Assembly: GCA_951406725.2 (NCBI GenBank)
Contig: OX597821.1
Location: 74,400,001-74,464,000 of the forward strand
Origin: Octopus vulgaris
Taxonomy: Eukaryota
Length of the DNA stretch: 64,000 nucleotides
Direction of reading: 5' to 3'
The position numbers and the translations under genes are program-made. Positions 1 to 14,539 of the stretch are shown piece after piece. A model generated the notes under the pieces. It made no database searches. It was not told the DNA's origin and saw only the letters and a program-made list of their open reading frames with translations. Within the stretch, counting starts at the first letter, position 1. Every line of letters begins with the position of its first letter.

Positions 1-571
1 CTAGGCACAAGGCCCGAAATTTTGGGAGAGGAGTTTAGTCGATTAGATCGACACCAGTACGCAACTGGTCCTTAATTTATCGAGCCCGAAAGAATGAAAA
101 GCAAAGTCGCCATCGGCGGAATTTGAACTCAGAACGTAAAGACAGACGAAATACCTATTTCTTTACTACCCACAAGGGGCTAAACACAGAGAGGACAAAC
201 AAGGACAGGCAAACGGTTTAAGTCGATTATATCGACCACAGTGCGTAACTGGTACTTTATTTATCGACCCCGAAAGGATGAAAGGCAAAGTCAACCTCGG
301 CGGAATTTGAACTCAGAACGTAGCGGCAGACGAAATACTTATTTCTTTACTACCCACAAGGGGCTAAACACAGAGAGGACAAACAAGGACAGACAAACGG
401 ATTAAGTCGATTATATCGACCGCAGTGCGTAACTGGTACTTTATTTACTCGACCCCGAAAGGATGAAAGGCAAAGTCAACCTCGGCGGAATTTGAACTCA
501 GAACGTAGCGACAGACGAAATACCTCTAAGCATTTCGCCCGGCGTGCTAACGCTTCTGCCAGCTCGCCGCC
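1..571 (-). mobile_element. tRNA-headed SINE (family A), head-to-tail trimer of ~183-185 bp modules, truncated by the window edge
   Basis: Minus strand starts GGCGGCGAGCTGGCAGAAGCGTTAGC (A-box-like) with a B-box-like GAGTTCAAATTCC. The central domain GCCTTTCATCCTTTCGGGGTCGA..AAAGTACCAG recurs three times (GACGAAATAC at ~146, ~330, ~515). Confidence 0.85.
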
Positions 572-954
572 TTTATTAAAATAAAATATTTAAGATGAAA
601 GACCTGTGTGTGTGTGCGCGCACATGTATTCCTGTGAGCGCACACGCACACGTGTGTCTGTGTTGTGCAATATTGTTTGTCTGATTCTCTCTCTCCTCTC
701 TCCATATGTTGTATGTCTGGCGGTGCTCATCCGTTGGCGCACTTGTGCTGTGCGCGCGCGTGCGTGCGAGTAAAATACAGAGGGAGAATGTGCTTGTAAT
801 GTGCGCATGTAAAAAAGCGATTTAGCCTTTCTTTTGCATCTATCTACATGTGCGTCAGATTGCTGAAATATGTATGTGTATGTGTGTGTGTGTCTGTCCG
901 TCTGTCTGACTGTCTGACTTACTGAATCTCTGTCTGACTGACTGACTGACTGTC

Positions 955-1440
<486 letters not shown>

Positions 1441-1949
1441 CCTCTCTAGTTCTATCCATACCCATACCCGTTATCTACCCGACAAGCAATATATGTATGT
1501 TTATTTATCATATCCACACACACACTCACCCACGAAACGTATCTGTTTGTGTATTTGCAATACAAGCACGTGCTATATCTATATGAAAGCATAACATCTA
1601 CTCGCAAGGCCCTACATGGTCGTCTGAAAAGCTAGAAATACCAGTCCACTCTTCCACAAAATAAGCTGGGGTTAAACGACCAGATCACAAAATAGAATGG
1701 GACAGAATAGAGAGGAAATTGTGCTAGAAGATGGTTAATACATGTTTCCGCATCGAGTGTTTACATCACACTGTCCAGGGTTCGAAACTCATCAGAGTCA
1801 ATATAAACACCTACACAAAAAGAAAAAAAAAATGAAGTCTGTTAATCAAAGATGAAATCTCATCAATGAGAAATAGATTTAAGTCGAATCGAAATCATCA
1901 TCATCATCTCTCTCTCTCTCTATCTCTTCCGCTCTCTCGTTCTCTGAAA

Positions 1950-2470
1950 ATGAATACATACATTCATTTATAAATGCATACATGCATGCATATATACACA
2001 CATACATACATTCATACATGCATATATGCATACATGCATACATGCATACATACATGCATACATACGTACATACACTCATTCATATATGCATACATACACA
2101 CATGCATACATTCATACATGCATATATACATTCATACATGCACACATGCACGCCTGCATACATGCATACATACGTATATATATTCATTCATACATGCATA
2201 CAAACAGTCATGCATACATATACATGCATGCATACATTCATACATGTATACATAGTGCATATATGCATACATGCATGCTTCCATACAAGCATACACACGT
2301 ACATAAATACATACATGCATGCATACATTCATACATGGATAAATACATACATACATACATACATTCATTCATTCATGCATATATGCATGCATACATACAT
2401 GCATACATACATACAGTTGTACATACATACAAGCATATTCACATGTACATACACGTACACACATTCATAC
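1950..2470. repeat. Degenerate (CATA)/(CATG) low-complexity tract
   Basis: Direct sequence; source of the spurious H/T/Y/I/M ORFs. Confidence 0.9.
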
Positions 2471-2505
2471 ACGAAAAATGTATATATGCGTATAGATGCA
2501 CATTC

Positions 2506-2770
2506 AGTTTGGCCGAGTGGTTAAGAAGTTCGATCCCCAATCACTAGCTTGAGAGTTCGATCCTAATGAGTGGCATTCTCTGTTGTTCAATGGAGTTACG
2601 AATCGACCTATCAGTTGCGGAGGTACCGTGTTGGCGGAAACTACGTGGAAGCTCTGTGGTTCGACCCTGAGACTTAAGAGTCCAGCCATGTGTCAGGCAG
2701 AACCCGTTTGAAGACATTCATCCAGTTAGACTCTAAGTTCAAATACCTCGGGTACTTCAACTGATCGAAC
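2506..2770 (+). mobile_element. Degenerate tRNA-headed SINE
   Basis: A-box TGGCCGAGTGG (2510-2520) and B-box-like GAGTTCGATCC (~2552-2562), with no complete tRNA cloverleaf. Confidence 0.5.
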
Positions 2771-2807
2771 AAATAAAAACTCAAGATCGGAAATAATGAC
2801 TCAGATC

Positions 2808-2870
<63 letters not shown>

Positions 2871-2936
2871 ACGTATGTATGTATCTGCTGTCTGTCAACC
2901 TGTCCATTCTTCTATCTGTCTATCTATCTGCATAAG

Positions 2937-3049
<113 letters not shown>

Positions 3050-3100
3050 CACACACATACACATACACACATATATAAATTCATACATGGCTGTCTGTTA

Positions 3101-3240
3101 TCTTTTACTTGTTTCAATCTCCAAACAGCGACCATTCTGGAGCACATCATGAAGAACTTCTTGTTGAATGAATCGACCCCACTACTTATTTTGTTCTTGA
3201 GGTCTGGGACTTATTTTATCGATATCTTTGCTGAACTGCT
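3101..3240 (-). mobile_element. SINE family B, degenerate 3' fragment
   Basis: Matches the reverse complement of the family B tail (TCTTTTACTTGTTTCA..CTGGAGCAC). Confidence 0.6.
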
Positions 3241-4204
3241 ATATATAAAAACTATATGAAACGCATCTTAACCTGTTGCCTTGAAAAGTTAGCCTCAAAT
3301 GTTCCCTGTACGCGTACATACATACATACAAACATACGTACATACATACATATATATATATATCGAATTCTGGACATATCATATTGTATATGGGATCTAA
3401 ACGCTTAAATATAAATATATATATAGATACATTCACATGCATATGCATATATAAGTATATGTATGTACATATACATACATATATCAATACATACATATAC
3501 ATACATACATACATACATACTTATATACAAACACACGCATATATATATATACATATATATACACGTATGTATATATACGTATGAATATATGCATATACAG
3601 GTACATGCATACCCACATGTACACACATACACACACATACACACACACACACATATATATATATGCATATATATACAGGTTAAGATTCAGAGAATCGTGA
3701 TGGCTAACACAAACCGACCGTAATCCTAAGGAAGTCAAAGTGTTAAATATATTCATCTCTCACACATCTTGACTTTTTATGGCTTATATATATATATATG
3801 TGTGTGTTTGTGTGTTTGTGTATGTATGTATGTGTGTGTGTGCGTGTGTGTGTGTATGTGTGTATGTGGCCTAACAGCACCGACCCACGTCCTTGCACCC
3901 TAAGATGTCCGATGTGGGTTGTAGAAAAAATGGAAACATCATCCAACCAAGTGATAACCGACAAAATATTTGCAACAAACGCAGATAAGTTAAGCTATCC
4001 CTGCCGAAATCTGTTAGTAAAGTTGATAGTCCCTACGAAATTACTGGTAGAAGTAAACCGACAGTCCTCCACGTGGTTTTAGGCTTTTCAATTTCAGTCG
4101 GTTCACTCAGTTGAGGAGAAGATATTTCCCAAGGAGCCACCCTGGAGATCGAACACGCAGCTACATTTATGAAGCTAACTTTCAATGCATGCACATGAAT
4201 ATAA

Positions 4205-4315
<111 letters not shown>

Positions 4316-4384
4316 TCTATATGTGTGTGTCTGAGTGATTGTATGTCTGTGTTTATAAATATGCATATAAACACACACATATAC

Positions 4385-4443
<59 letters not shown>

Positions 4444-4963
4444 GTGTATGTATTTAAGCATGTCTAAATATACATGGATAATTATAAAATAGATACGAAT
4501 AAACATATATACATATATGTTTAAATGTACGCGCGCGCACACGCATACACAAATGCGCGCCTGCACACAGACACGGCACGCACACACGCACACACGTACA
4601 AACATGTACATGCACGCACATACAGCGTACATAATATATATGTATATGGATATGAAAAGGTGCCGCGTCTGCACGTACTTGCTGCAGATATAACAGGTAC
4701 TTTTACAGTTAAGGTATTTTGGGACGAAGGAGAGGAGAATAACTGTAATATCTGAATCTCCAAACTTTTGGGATGTGTTTCTAGACCCTAAAATACTGGG
4801 ATATTGAACGCCATAAAACCAACATCCCTTACTGATCGGCTTGCTATGCATCACTCATCGCACTCACAGACACAGTGAGACGTCTTGCGTAGGCATTAAT
4901 CTATCTGTCAGTTTCTGGCGAATGGAATTGGCAAACAGCGTTATGGTCTTCTCTGTTTCAAGA

Positions 4964-5130
4964 CACAAGGCCAGCAATTTTCTAAGGGGTCGCTCTTTTG
5001 ATCGACATTGCCTATTTCAGTAACGCATGTTTTATTTCATAGACCCGGGAACAATGAAACGCAAAGCTGACAACGGCAAGGTTTGAACTTGCAATGTAAC
5101 AATTTGGAACAAGTATTGCTAACCAATTTT
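4964..5130 (-). mobile_element. SINE family A, degenerate copy
   Basis: CACAAGGCCAGCAATTT...GACCCCGGAACAATGAAACGCAAAG...TTTGAACT, colinear with 1-150. Confidence 0.6.
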
Positions 5131-5247
5131 CCTGACTTTATTCAGACACAGACAACTCCCCTGAAGAGATTCTACATATTAACGAAACACTCTCGTGTTA
5201 TAGGTTTATGCAAAAATATATATTAACATGTGTACATGTCTATTTAT

Positions 5248-5322
<75 letters not shown>

Positions 5323-5602
5323 CTTGTCTGTCTGTCAATCTATCTATTTATATCTCTCCCTCTCTCTATGTATCTATCCATAATTATATATATATATATC
5401 TATATATATCCATCTTCACATATACAATATATATATATGTATATATATAATATATATACATACATATATGTGTATTTATAGACACACACATATATATACA
5501 TACATATATATATATATATTGCATCACCCCTGGATTTATGCATTTCTATAAGCGATATATTTATATGAACTAATGAATATATATACATGCAGATATACTT
5601 AT

Positions 5603-5648
<46 letters not shown>

Positions 5649-5669
5649 TTGTATATATATATATATATG

Positions 5670-5722
<53 letters not shown>

Positions 5723-6054
5723 GTACATATATATATATATATATTCATATATGTATATATGCATAAGTATATCTATATCTATCAACCATCTATATACAAT
5801 GTACACACATACATATGTATACATTGTTTACATTCAGCGCACAGCACACCAAGGGTCCCCATTAAAAGCGAGGGAATGTTTACATTGCACACCCACAACA
5901 AAGTGAGGTGGTTCACAACAGTTAGCCAGTAGCATCGTGTGCATTATATATGCACGCGCGTGCAGTGTATGTGTGTGTGTGTGTGTGCGTGTGTCTCCGT
6001 GCGTGTGTGTGTGTGTCTGCGTGCGTGTTTGTGTGTATGTGTGTGTGTGTGTGT

Positions 6055-6090
<36 letters not shown>

Positions 6091-6396
6091 TTCATCCAAT
6101 AAATTTTGAGCCACCATATTTTGCATTTTGAAATCGTTTATTGTGTGTGTGTGTGTCAATATAATATTTTAATTTCTAGAAATAAAAAAAAGTTGAGAGT
6201 AACCTCGAAGTATCGCCTTACTAGCAGGTAATCATACGTCACCCAATATGTCAAAACTTCGAAGTCACTACTAAACTTTTCCTTGTAAAAATCAGATGTG
6301 GCCTCATATAGAAGTTTACATAAATACACACACATACACATGTACGCGCACGCACACACAAACACACACACACACGCGCGCGCGCGCACGCACGCT

Positions 6397-6438
<42 letters not shown>

Positions 6439-6464
6439 AACGTGTGTGTGGGGGTTATTGCTGA

Positions 6465-6580
6465 TAGCAGAAGCAACAGAGAGACTCAAAGCGAAAGCTT
6501 TCGTGCGTTAGCACTTAGGAAACAAGCTTGCTAAGTGCTAGCGGACGAAACTCCTTCCCTTTGAGTCACCCTGTTATTTG

Positions 6581-6583
<3 letters not shown>
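6465..6583. other. Imperfect ~118-nt foldback (short MITE or pre-miRNA-like hairpin)
   Basis: GACTCAAAG pairs with CTTTGAGTC, and TTTCGTGCGTTAGCACTTAG pairs with CTAAGTGCTAGCGGACGAAA. The right end reads CAGGGTGACTC on the minus strand. Confidence 0.7.
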
Positions 6584-6611
<28 letters not shown>

Positions 6612-6613
<2 letters not shown>

Positions 6614-6968
6614 CGTAGGAGTGGCTGTGTGGTAAGTAGCTTGCTTACGAACCACATGGTTCCGGGTTCAGTCCCACTGCGTGGCACCTTGTGCAGGTGT
6701 CTTCTACTATAGCCTCGGGCCGACCAAAGCCTTGTGAGTGAATTCGGTAGACATGTGTATGTGTGTGTGTATATGTTTCTGTGTCTGTGTTTGTCCCCCG
6801 CCAACATCGCTTGACAACCGATGCTGGTGTGTTTATGTCCCCGTAACGGTTCGGCAAAAGAGACCGATGGAATAAGTACTAGGCATACAACGAATAAGTC
6901 CTGGGGTCGATTTGCTCGACTAAAGGCTGTGCCCCAGCTTGGCCACAGACAAATGACTGAAATAAGTA
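6612..6968 (+). mobile_element. SINE family B, near full length (tRNA head, CORE-like segment, internal TA/TG tract)
   Basis: GGCGTAGGAGTGGCTGTGTGGTAAG, B-box GGTTCAGTCCC, CACCTTG.GCA.GTGTCTT, tail ATGACTGAAA. Many copies in the window. Confidence 0.9.
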
Positions 6969-7291
6969 TATATATATATATACTCTTCACCCTATATAAA
7001 CATGCCTATTCGTAAATAGACACAAATATACGTGTATATGCGTATTTGTATGTATATATGTAATATACCCAACCATCCGTTTAATCGGTATTTACAAATT
7101 GTGGTCGTGTCGATCTGTCAAATCATTTAATCAGATAGTTTATGAGTGCACACATGCACTCACACACATACACACATATCTTTATTTTTTACCCAAGTGT
7201 CAAACTTCTTTATTATTCATACACCTGTCTTCGACTTTCGTTTTTCTATAGATTTCAAATATGTATATATATAAATGTATATGCATACATG

Positions 7292-7409
<118 letters not shown>

Positions 7410-7480
7410 CATATATATATATATATACATATATATGCATACATATATATATATATGTATATATATGTATATATATATAT

Positions 7481-7577
<97 letters not shown>

Positions 7578-7727
7578 GTAAAAAAATACAAACTGGGACA
7601 AGAACGTGAAACATTTAGAAGACGATACAAAAAACACGGACGGGACATTCGATGCCTTCAATCTTCAGTCAAGAACCGGATCATCTTCGCAATTTCGGCT
7701 GATATATATATATACATGTGTGTGTGT

Positions 7728-7862
7728 AAATGTGAAAGAAGGTGGAAGAAAAGAGTACTGAAATACCAGAGGTAGAGTAATATGCTTTATTGAAAAGCAG
7801 TTGAAATATAACAAAAGCTGTTACTCAGAGTTTCACGTTGCCGCTCGTCGGACAGTTTTGTT
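7728..7862 (-). mobile_element. Penelope-like terminal repeat (pLTR) fragment with hammerhead motif at 7818-7855
   Basis: Minus strand reads CTGT-CCGACGA-GCG GCAA CGT-GAAA-CTCTGAG-TA-ACAG. The flank is homologous to 25290-25394, 25960-26057 and 39680-39774. Confidence 0.7.
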
Positions 7863-8042
7863 ATATATATATATATATATATATCAAAACACGCGCGCGC
7901 ACGCATTCAAGCACGCACACACACACACACAAGTATATATATATATATATATATATATGATGTATGTACGAATGCATAGACTTATGCATTTCTGTGTGTG
8001 TCGTGTTGTATAAGTGTGCATATGTGAAAATGTGCGCGTTTG

Positions 8043-8087
<45 letters not shown>

Positions 8088-8445
8088 GTGTGTGTGTTTG
8101 TGTGCACGTGTGTACGTGTGTTTGCATAGGCATCTAAAGCAAAGGCTGGCCAGCCACGTCTTTCGCGTTTGTTGTGCTTGATGATAAGGAACGGCGAGGA
8201 GAGAGAGCCATGCAGAATGCGACAGGCAGGCAGGCAGGCGGACAGACGGACGGACGGCGTTTGCGGTAGTAAGGCTGATGGGAAAGTGCTGCGGAGGGGG
8301 AGGGAAGGTATGAAATATGAGGAAATGATGTTGGGGGACACGGGGGTGGGTAGGGGTTGGGGGTGGGCGAAGTGTAAGAGGATGTCTTTTAGTGAAAGAT
8401 GTACTTGTGAGTGCGTGCCTTTGGAAATGCCCTACACACACACAA

Positions 8446-8494
<49 letters not shown>

Positions 8495-8535
8495 GACATG
8501 GCCTGGGCCTATACTATGTATACATACATACATAC

Positions 8536-8611
<76 letters not shown>

Positions 8612-8663
8612 ATATATGTATATGTATGTATATGTATGTATGTATATATATATATATATATAA

Positions 8664-9061
8664 AGGAGTGGCTGTGTGGTAAGTAGCTTGCTAACCAACC
8701 ACATGGTTCCGGGTTCAGTCCCATTGCGTGGCATCTTGGGCAAGTGTCTTCTGCTATAGCCCTGGGCCGACCAATGCCTTGTGAGTGGATTTGGTAGACG
8801 GAAACTGAAAGAAGCCTGTCGTATATATATGTATATATATATATGTGTGTGTGTGTGTGTTTGTGTTTGTCCCCCTAGCATTGCTTGACAACCGATGCTG
8901 GTGTGTTTACGTTCCCGTCACCTAGCGGTTCGGCAAAAGAGACCGATAGAATAAGTACTGGGCTTACAAAGAATAATTCCCGGGGTCGAATTGCTCGACT
9001 AAAGGCGGTGCTCCAGCATGGCCGCAGTCAAATGACTGAAACATGTAAAAGAGTAAAAGAG
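8664..9061 (+). mobile_element. SINE family B, full length
   Basis: Colinear with 6612-6968 and 38965-39380; tail GTAAAAGAGTAAAAGAG. Confidence 0.92.
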
Positions 9062-9086
9062 GGTATACACATAAAAAAAACATAGA

Positions 9087-9239
9087 TAAAACTTAGATAT
9101 GTTTCAACCAAAGACTGGTCCAGGCCATATCTAACTTAATAGCACCACTTGATAGGATTATCTAAATCCTTTTTAAGTCAAGTTTTGTTTGTGGTCCGTT
9201 CAATTAGTGAGTTCTTGTTGAGTGAGTTGTGTCCAGGTA
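9087..9239 (-). mobile_element. CR1-like LINE 3' end fragment
   Basis: Reverse complement of the ORF2 end and 3' UTR at 37010-37174 (GGTGCTATTAAGTTAGA.ATGGCCTGG). Confidence 0.7.
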
Positions 9240-9265
9240 CGTGTGGCTTACTTATACATACATAC

Positions 9266-9381
<116 letters not shown>

Positions 9382-9616
9382 GTGTGTGTGCGTTGTAATA
9401 ATAACAATAATCCTTAGATGAAATTTATAAACATTCACTCCATCGCTACACGCTTATCCTCATATTAAGTTTCAAGATCTGAGTCCGTATTTCTGGGATG
9501 ATATATATACATATATATGTGTGTGTGTCTGTGTGTATCACAGTATATTTATTTATATATATATATATACATATATATATGTATGTGTGTATGTCTCGTA
9601 CAGAGATTTATTATTG

Positions 9617-9654
<38 letters not shown>

Positions 9655-9655
<1 letters not shown>

Positions 9656-9812
9656 TCCTTGGACATATTCCTTCAAAAAGTCCCGGATAAAACTCCTGAA
9701 CTCGGATATGTCTCCATAATCAATAACACTCTCTTCGAGTGGGTCATGTTATCCTATTCCTGATTTGAATGACTTTGCCAGGTGCTTCGATTAAGTTAGA
9801 CATGGTCTGGTT
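9655..9812 (+). mobile_element. CR1-like LINE 3' end fragment
   Basis: Translates LDIFLQKVPDKTPELGYVSIINNTLFEW, followed by ATTAAGTTAGACATGG shared with the 36908 copy. Confidence 0.65.
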
Positions 9813-9817
9813 ATATA

Positions 9818-9942
<125 letters not shown>

Positions 9943-10063
9943 TACATATATACATGAGTGCCCAAAACAATGTTAACTGTAGATCCAACACAGTGATGGT
10001 TCCAAATGTTGACCCCCTCGTGTATTTTATATATAGACAGAGAGACATATGCACATACAAACA

Positions 10064-10097
<34 letters not shown>

Positions 10098-10313
10098 CGT
10101 GTGTGTGTGTGTGTGCGCCTGTAAGTAGCTATATCTATATAGCCCCCTTCCCCCCCCCCGCCATGCAGACTCAAGTCGTTTTCTTCGGGTGAATTCCTTT
10201 GTAGAATTCGGTTCACTTAAATAAGTGATGGAGCTCTTTTATTGGAATATACGCATTTACATGCTTCTCCAGAACTGTAGTGTGTGTGTTTGTATGTGTA
10301 TGTGCATGTATGT

Positions 10314-10414
<101 letters not shown>

Positions 10415-11033
10415 CATACATACATATATATGTGTATACATATGCATATGTATATATATGTATACATATGTATATATGTACGACTATGTATATGTATGCT
10501 TGTGTGCGTATATGTATGTATATATATATATATATATATATATGCATATATCTAAGCATATATATATATATACATAAATATATGCATTTGTGCGTATATA
10601 TATATATATATGGATAGATAGATATTTACACACACATACATATATATGAGTATTTAAGTGTGTATATACATACATACATACATACATACATACATACATA
10701 CATACATACATACATGCATACATACATACATACATACATACATACATACATACATTTAACTGTGTGTTTATTATAGTTTCACTGCTTCACATTTCCATTC
10801 TGGACGATAATGTTCTGATTGCGGTTTTGCTTTTTATTACTGGAAAATATCCTTTTTAGTCGCTGCGAAAACGCTCGTCTCCCTGTGAAGCTCTTGATTT
10901 TCCAATCCTCATAAATAAACTTGTTTATCTACCAATAAATATCCTCTCGCTCCTGTCATGGGAACACGCACAAAATCATACACACACACAAACACAAACA
11001 CACACGCACACACACACACACACACACACATGT

Positions 11034-11070
<37 letters not shown>

Positions 11071-11205
11071 TGTAGAATAAACACATAAATACACCTTTCC
11101 CATCCGACTGCGTTATACTTAAATTTCAATATATGTTATTATCTCCTCCACACACATACACACACACACACACTCACACGCACACACACGCACACACACA
11201 CACAC

Positions 11206-11258
<53 letters not shown>

Positions 11259-11344
11259 GCCAGCTTCATGATCCTGTGGCGTATATACTCCTCCCTTATT
11301 GGGAACTCTGGTCCGTCGTGGGAGCACTCCGACTTACCAGCTGA

Positions 11345-11455
11345 GTGAATATGATGTGTTTTGCTCAACAACACAACACCGCCCGCTCAAGGTTTCGAAA
11401 CCACAACCTTACGACCATCAACCTAACAGGCTTACCAATAAGCCACACGCTTCAC
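11345..11455 (-). mobile_element. SINE family D head, degenerate
   Basis: Minus strand reads GAAGCGTGTGGCTTATTGGTAAG...GGTTTCGAAACC...TGTGTTGTTGAGCAAAACAC. Confidence 0.55.
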
Positions 11456-11757
11456 TCGATTCGATTAGGTGTGGAGGTAAATGTGAAGAGATATGCTTAG
11501 TTGCGTTCTTAGGCAAGAAGTTAAAATAAATAAAATTGATTGTCGGAATGTAATCCTTGCGTTGATAGCTTGTAATTAGGGATAACCATAATAAAATGGC
11601 CACCCCAACCCCATCAGACATTCCACTGAAGTTTGGATTGTTATGAATATAAAGATAAAACAGTCACAGATGCTACACTCACTCATGAAGAAACACACAC
11701 AGGTGTGTATGTATAAATATATATATATATATGTGTGTATGTATGCATGTGTATATA

Positions 11758-11841
<84 letters not shown>

Positions 11842-11904
11842 TATGTATGTATGTATGTATGTATGTATGTATGTATGTATGTATGTAGATATGTATGTGT
11901 TACG

Positions 11905-12062
11905 ACGACTTTTTTTCAGTTTCCGGCCACATGATCCACACACAGTGCTTCGGCCAGCCCGGGGCTATAATAGCAGGGTCTTGCCAATGGTGGACACGCA
12001 GTGTGACTGAATCCTGAACTATGCGTTTAGGCAGCAAACCTCTTACCACACAGTCCGGCCTA
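11905..12062 (-). mobile_element. SINE family B 5' half, degenerate
   Basis: CTTACCACACAG and CCCGGGGCTATAATAG match the family B reverse complement. Confidence 0.65.
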
Positions 12063-12248
12063 CATACAAAGCATACATACATACATACATATATATATAT
12101 ACACACACACATATATGCACATATGCACATATATATATCCATATATATATACATGCACATATATATATACATATATATACACGTATATATACACATATAT
12201 GCACATATGCACATATATATATCCATATATATATATATATATGCACAC

Positions 12249-12297
<49 letters not shown>

Positions 12298-12313
12298 CAT
12301 ATATATATATACA

Positions 12314-12367
<54 letters not shown>

Positions 12368-12456
12368 TGTATACAAAGATGAATATGGAGAGACAAACAT
12401 GTGTATACATATATATATATATGCACACACACACACACACACACACAAACAAACAC

Positions 12457-12507
<51 letters not shown>

Positions 12508-12777
12508 CCGCCACGTACACACATACAGACACGCAAGAGAGTGGAGAGAACGGGAGAGAGAGGGGGGAAGGGAGAGGAATAAGGGGGAAAGAGCTACGGA
12601 TATAAACAGAGCAGAGATTGTATGTGTGTTATGTGAATATTTATTTGTATGTGAATAGCTAAATCAATGCACAGCTTCCCCCCTCCAACCCCTACCCCAC
12701 GGGACTTATTTCTGTATGTGAATGTAGGAAGCATGTTATTGTCTGTCGCTTATGCGTGTGTGTGTGTGTAGCGGAAA

Positions 12778-12816
<39 letters not shown>

Positions 12817-13064
12817 TGTGTGCATATGTCTGTATATATATATATGTGTGTGTGTGTATTCGCTTATATATGTCTGTGTATGTACATAGCAGAAAGAATG
12901 AGAGAGAGAGAGAGAGAGAGAGATATTGAGAGAAGAGGTGTGTGCATGTGTGTGTATATATATGTGCATGAGTTCGCAAATTTGTGTCTGTGTGTGTGTG
13001 TGTGTGTATGTAGCGGAAAGAGAGAGAGAGAGAATGAGTGCATGTGTAAGTGCGTCTGTGTATA

Positions 13065-13128
<64 letters not shown>

Positions 13129-13506
13129 TATATGTCTGTGTTTGTATGTGCGTGCGTGTGTGAGTGTATGTGTGTGTGTGTGTGTCTGTGTTTTTTCGCG
13201 AAATCTTACGTGTAGTTGCCCACGACTGTCACTAGTAGAGAGACATTTGCGACTTAGGTGAGGAACACACGCATACACACACACACACACATACACACAC
13301 ACACATACACACACAGAGATATGTAAACACAAAAACACACAAACAAGCACAGAAACGCACACAGACACACACAGACACACACATACACATATGTAAACAC
13401 AAAGACACGTAAACAAGCACAAACACACACACACACAGATATATAGAAACAAACAGAGAAACACACACAGATGTATAAACACAAATACACACAAACAAGT
13501 ACAGAA

Positions 13507-13549
<43 letters not shown>

Positions 13550-13795
13550 TATATATAAACACAAAGACACGTAAATAGGCACAGACATACACACACACAC
13601 ACACGCAAGCAGATACAAACACGAAATAAAATGAAAAGAGAAGAAAGCATTCGAAGAAGAGAAAAAATAAGCGAAATCGCACGGAGAAGGAAATAATTGA
13701 AAGAAAAAAATGGAAAAGGAAAGAAAGAATATCAAACAAAAATAAACAATAAAAAGGAATAACACAAATAGTATCAGTCTATCATTTTGCAAAGA

Positions 13796-14168
13796 GGAGG
13801 CGCGATGGCGCATTGGTTAGGGCAGCGGACTCGCTGTCGTAGGATCGCAGTTTCGATTCCCAGACCGGGCGTTATGAGTGTTTATTGAGCGAAAACACCT
13901 AAGGCTCAACGTGGCCCCGGCAGGGAGTGGTGGTCAACCCTACTGTACCCTTTCACCACAACTTTCTCTCTTTCTTCCTGTTTCTGTTGTACTACCTGTA
14001 CTTCAAAGGGGCCAGCCCCCTTCACGCTGAATCTCTCCGAGGACTACGTTAAAGGTACACCGTGTCTGTGGAGTGCTCAGTCACTTGCACCTTAATTTCA
14101 CGAGCAGGCTGTTCCGTTGATCGGATGATCAGCTGGGATCCTCACCGTCGTAACCGACGGAGTGCCAA
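13796..14168 (+). mobile_element. SINE family C, full length
   Basis: tRNA head GGAGGCGCGATGGCGCATTGGTTAGGGCAGCGGACTCG, B-box GTTTCGATTCCC, tail CGTCGTAACCGACGGAGTGCC. Confidence 0.9.
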
Positions 14169-14352
14169 ACAAAAAAAATAATTTTGCATATATAGATGTG
14201 TCTATGTACGTAAATATATACATATTCCTGTACGTGTGTGTGTGCGTACCGCGTGTACAAATATATATTGTATAATGTGTATGGACTACATTTTAGTTCT
14301 TCAATACAAATTCATTTATATAAAACACATTACATTCATTCGTTCAAACACA

Positions 14353-14450
<98 letters not shown>

Positions 14451-14539
14451 TGGGTCTTTATGTGTATACATACACACATTCTTACGTATATCCTTTCATA
14501 CACACACTCATAAGCACATGTATACACACATACATCGTT

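Noticed and set aside
1-571. Regularly spaced repeats suggestive of a CRISPR array
   Set aside because: Eukaryotic context; the units are near-identical SINE modules with no unique spacers and no cas genes.
13796-13870. tRNA-like sequences (also at 2506, 6612, 28993, 38965, 52540)
   Set aside because: They have A/B boxes but continue into shared SINE bodies, so they are SINE heads rather than tRNA genes.
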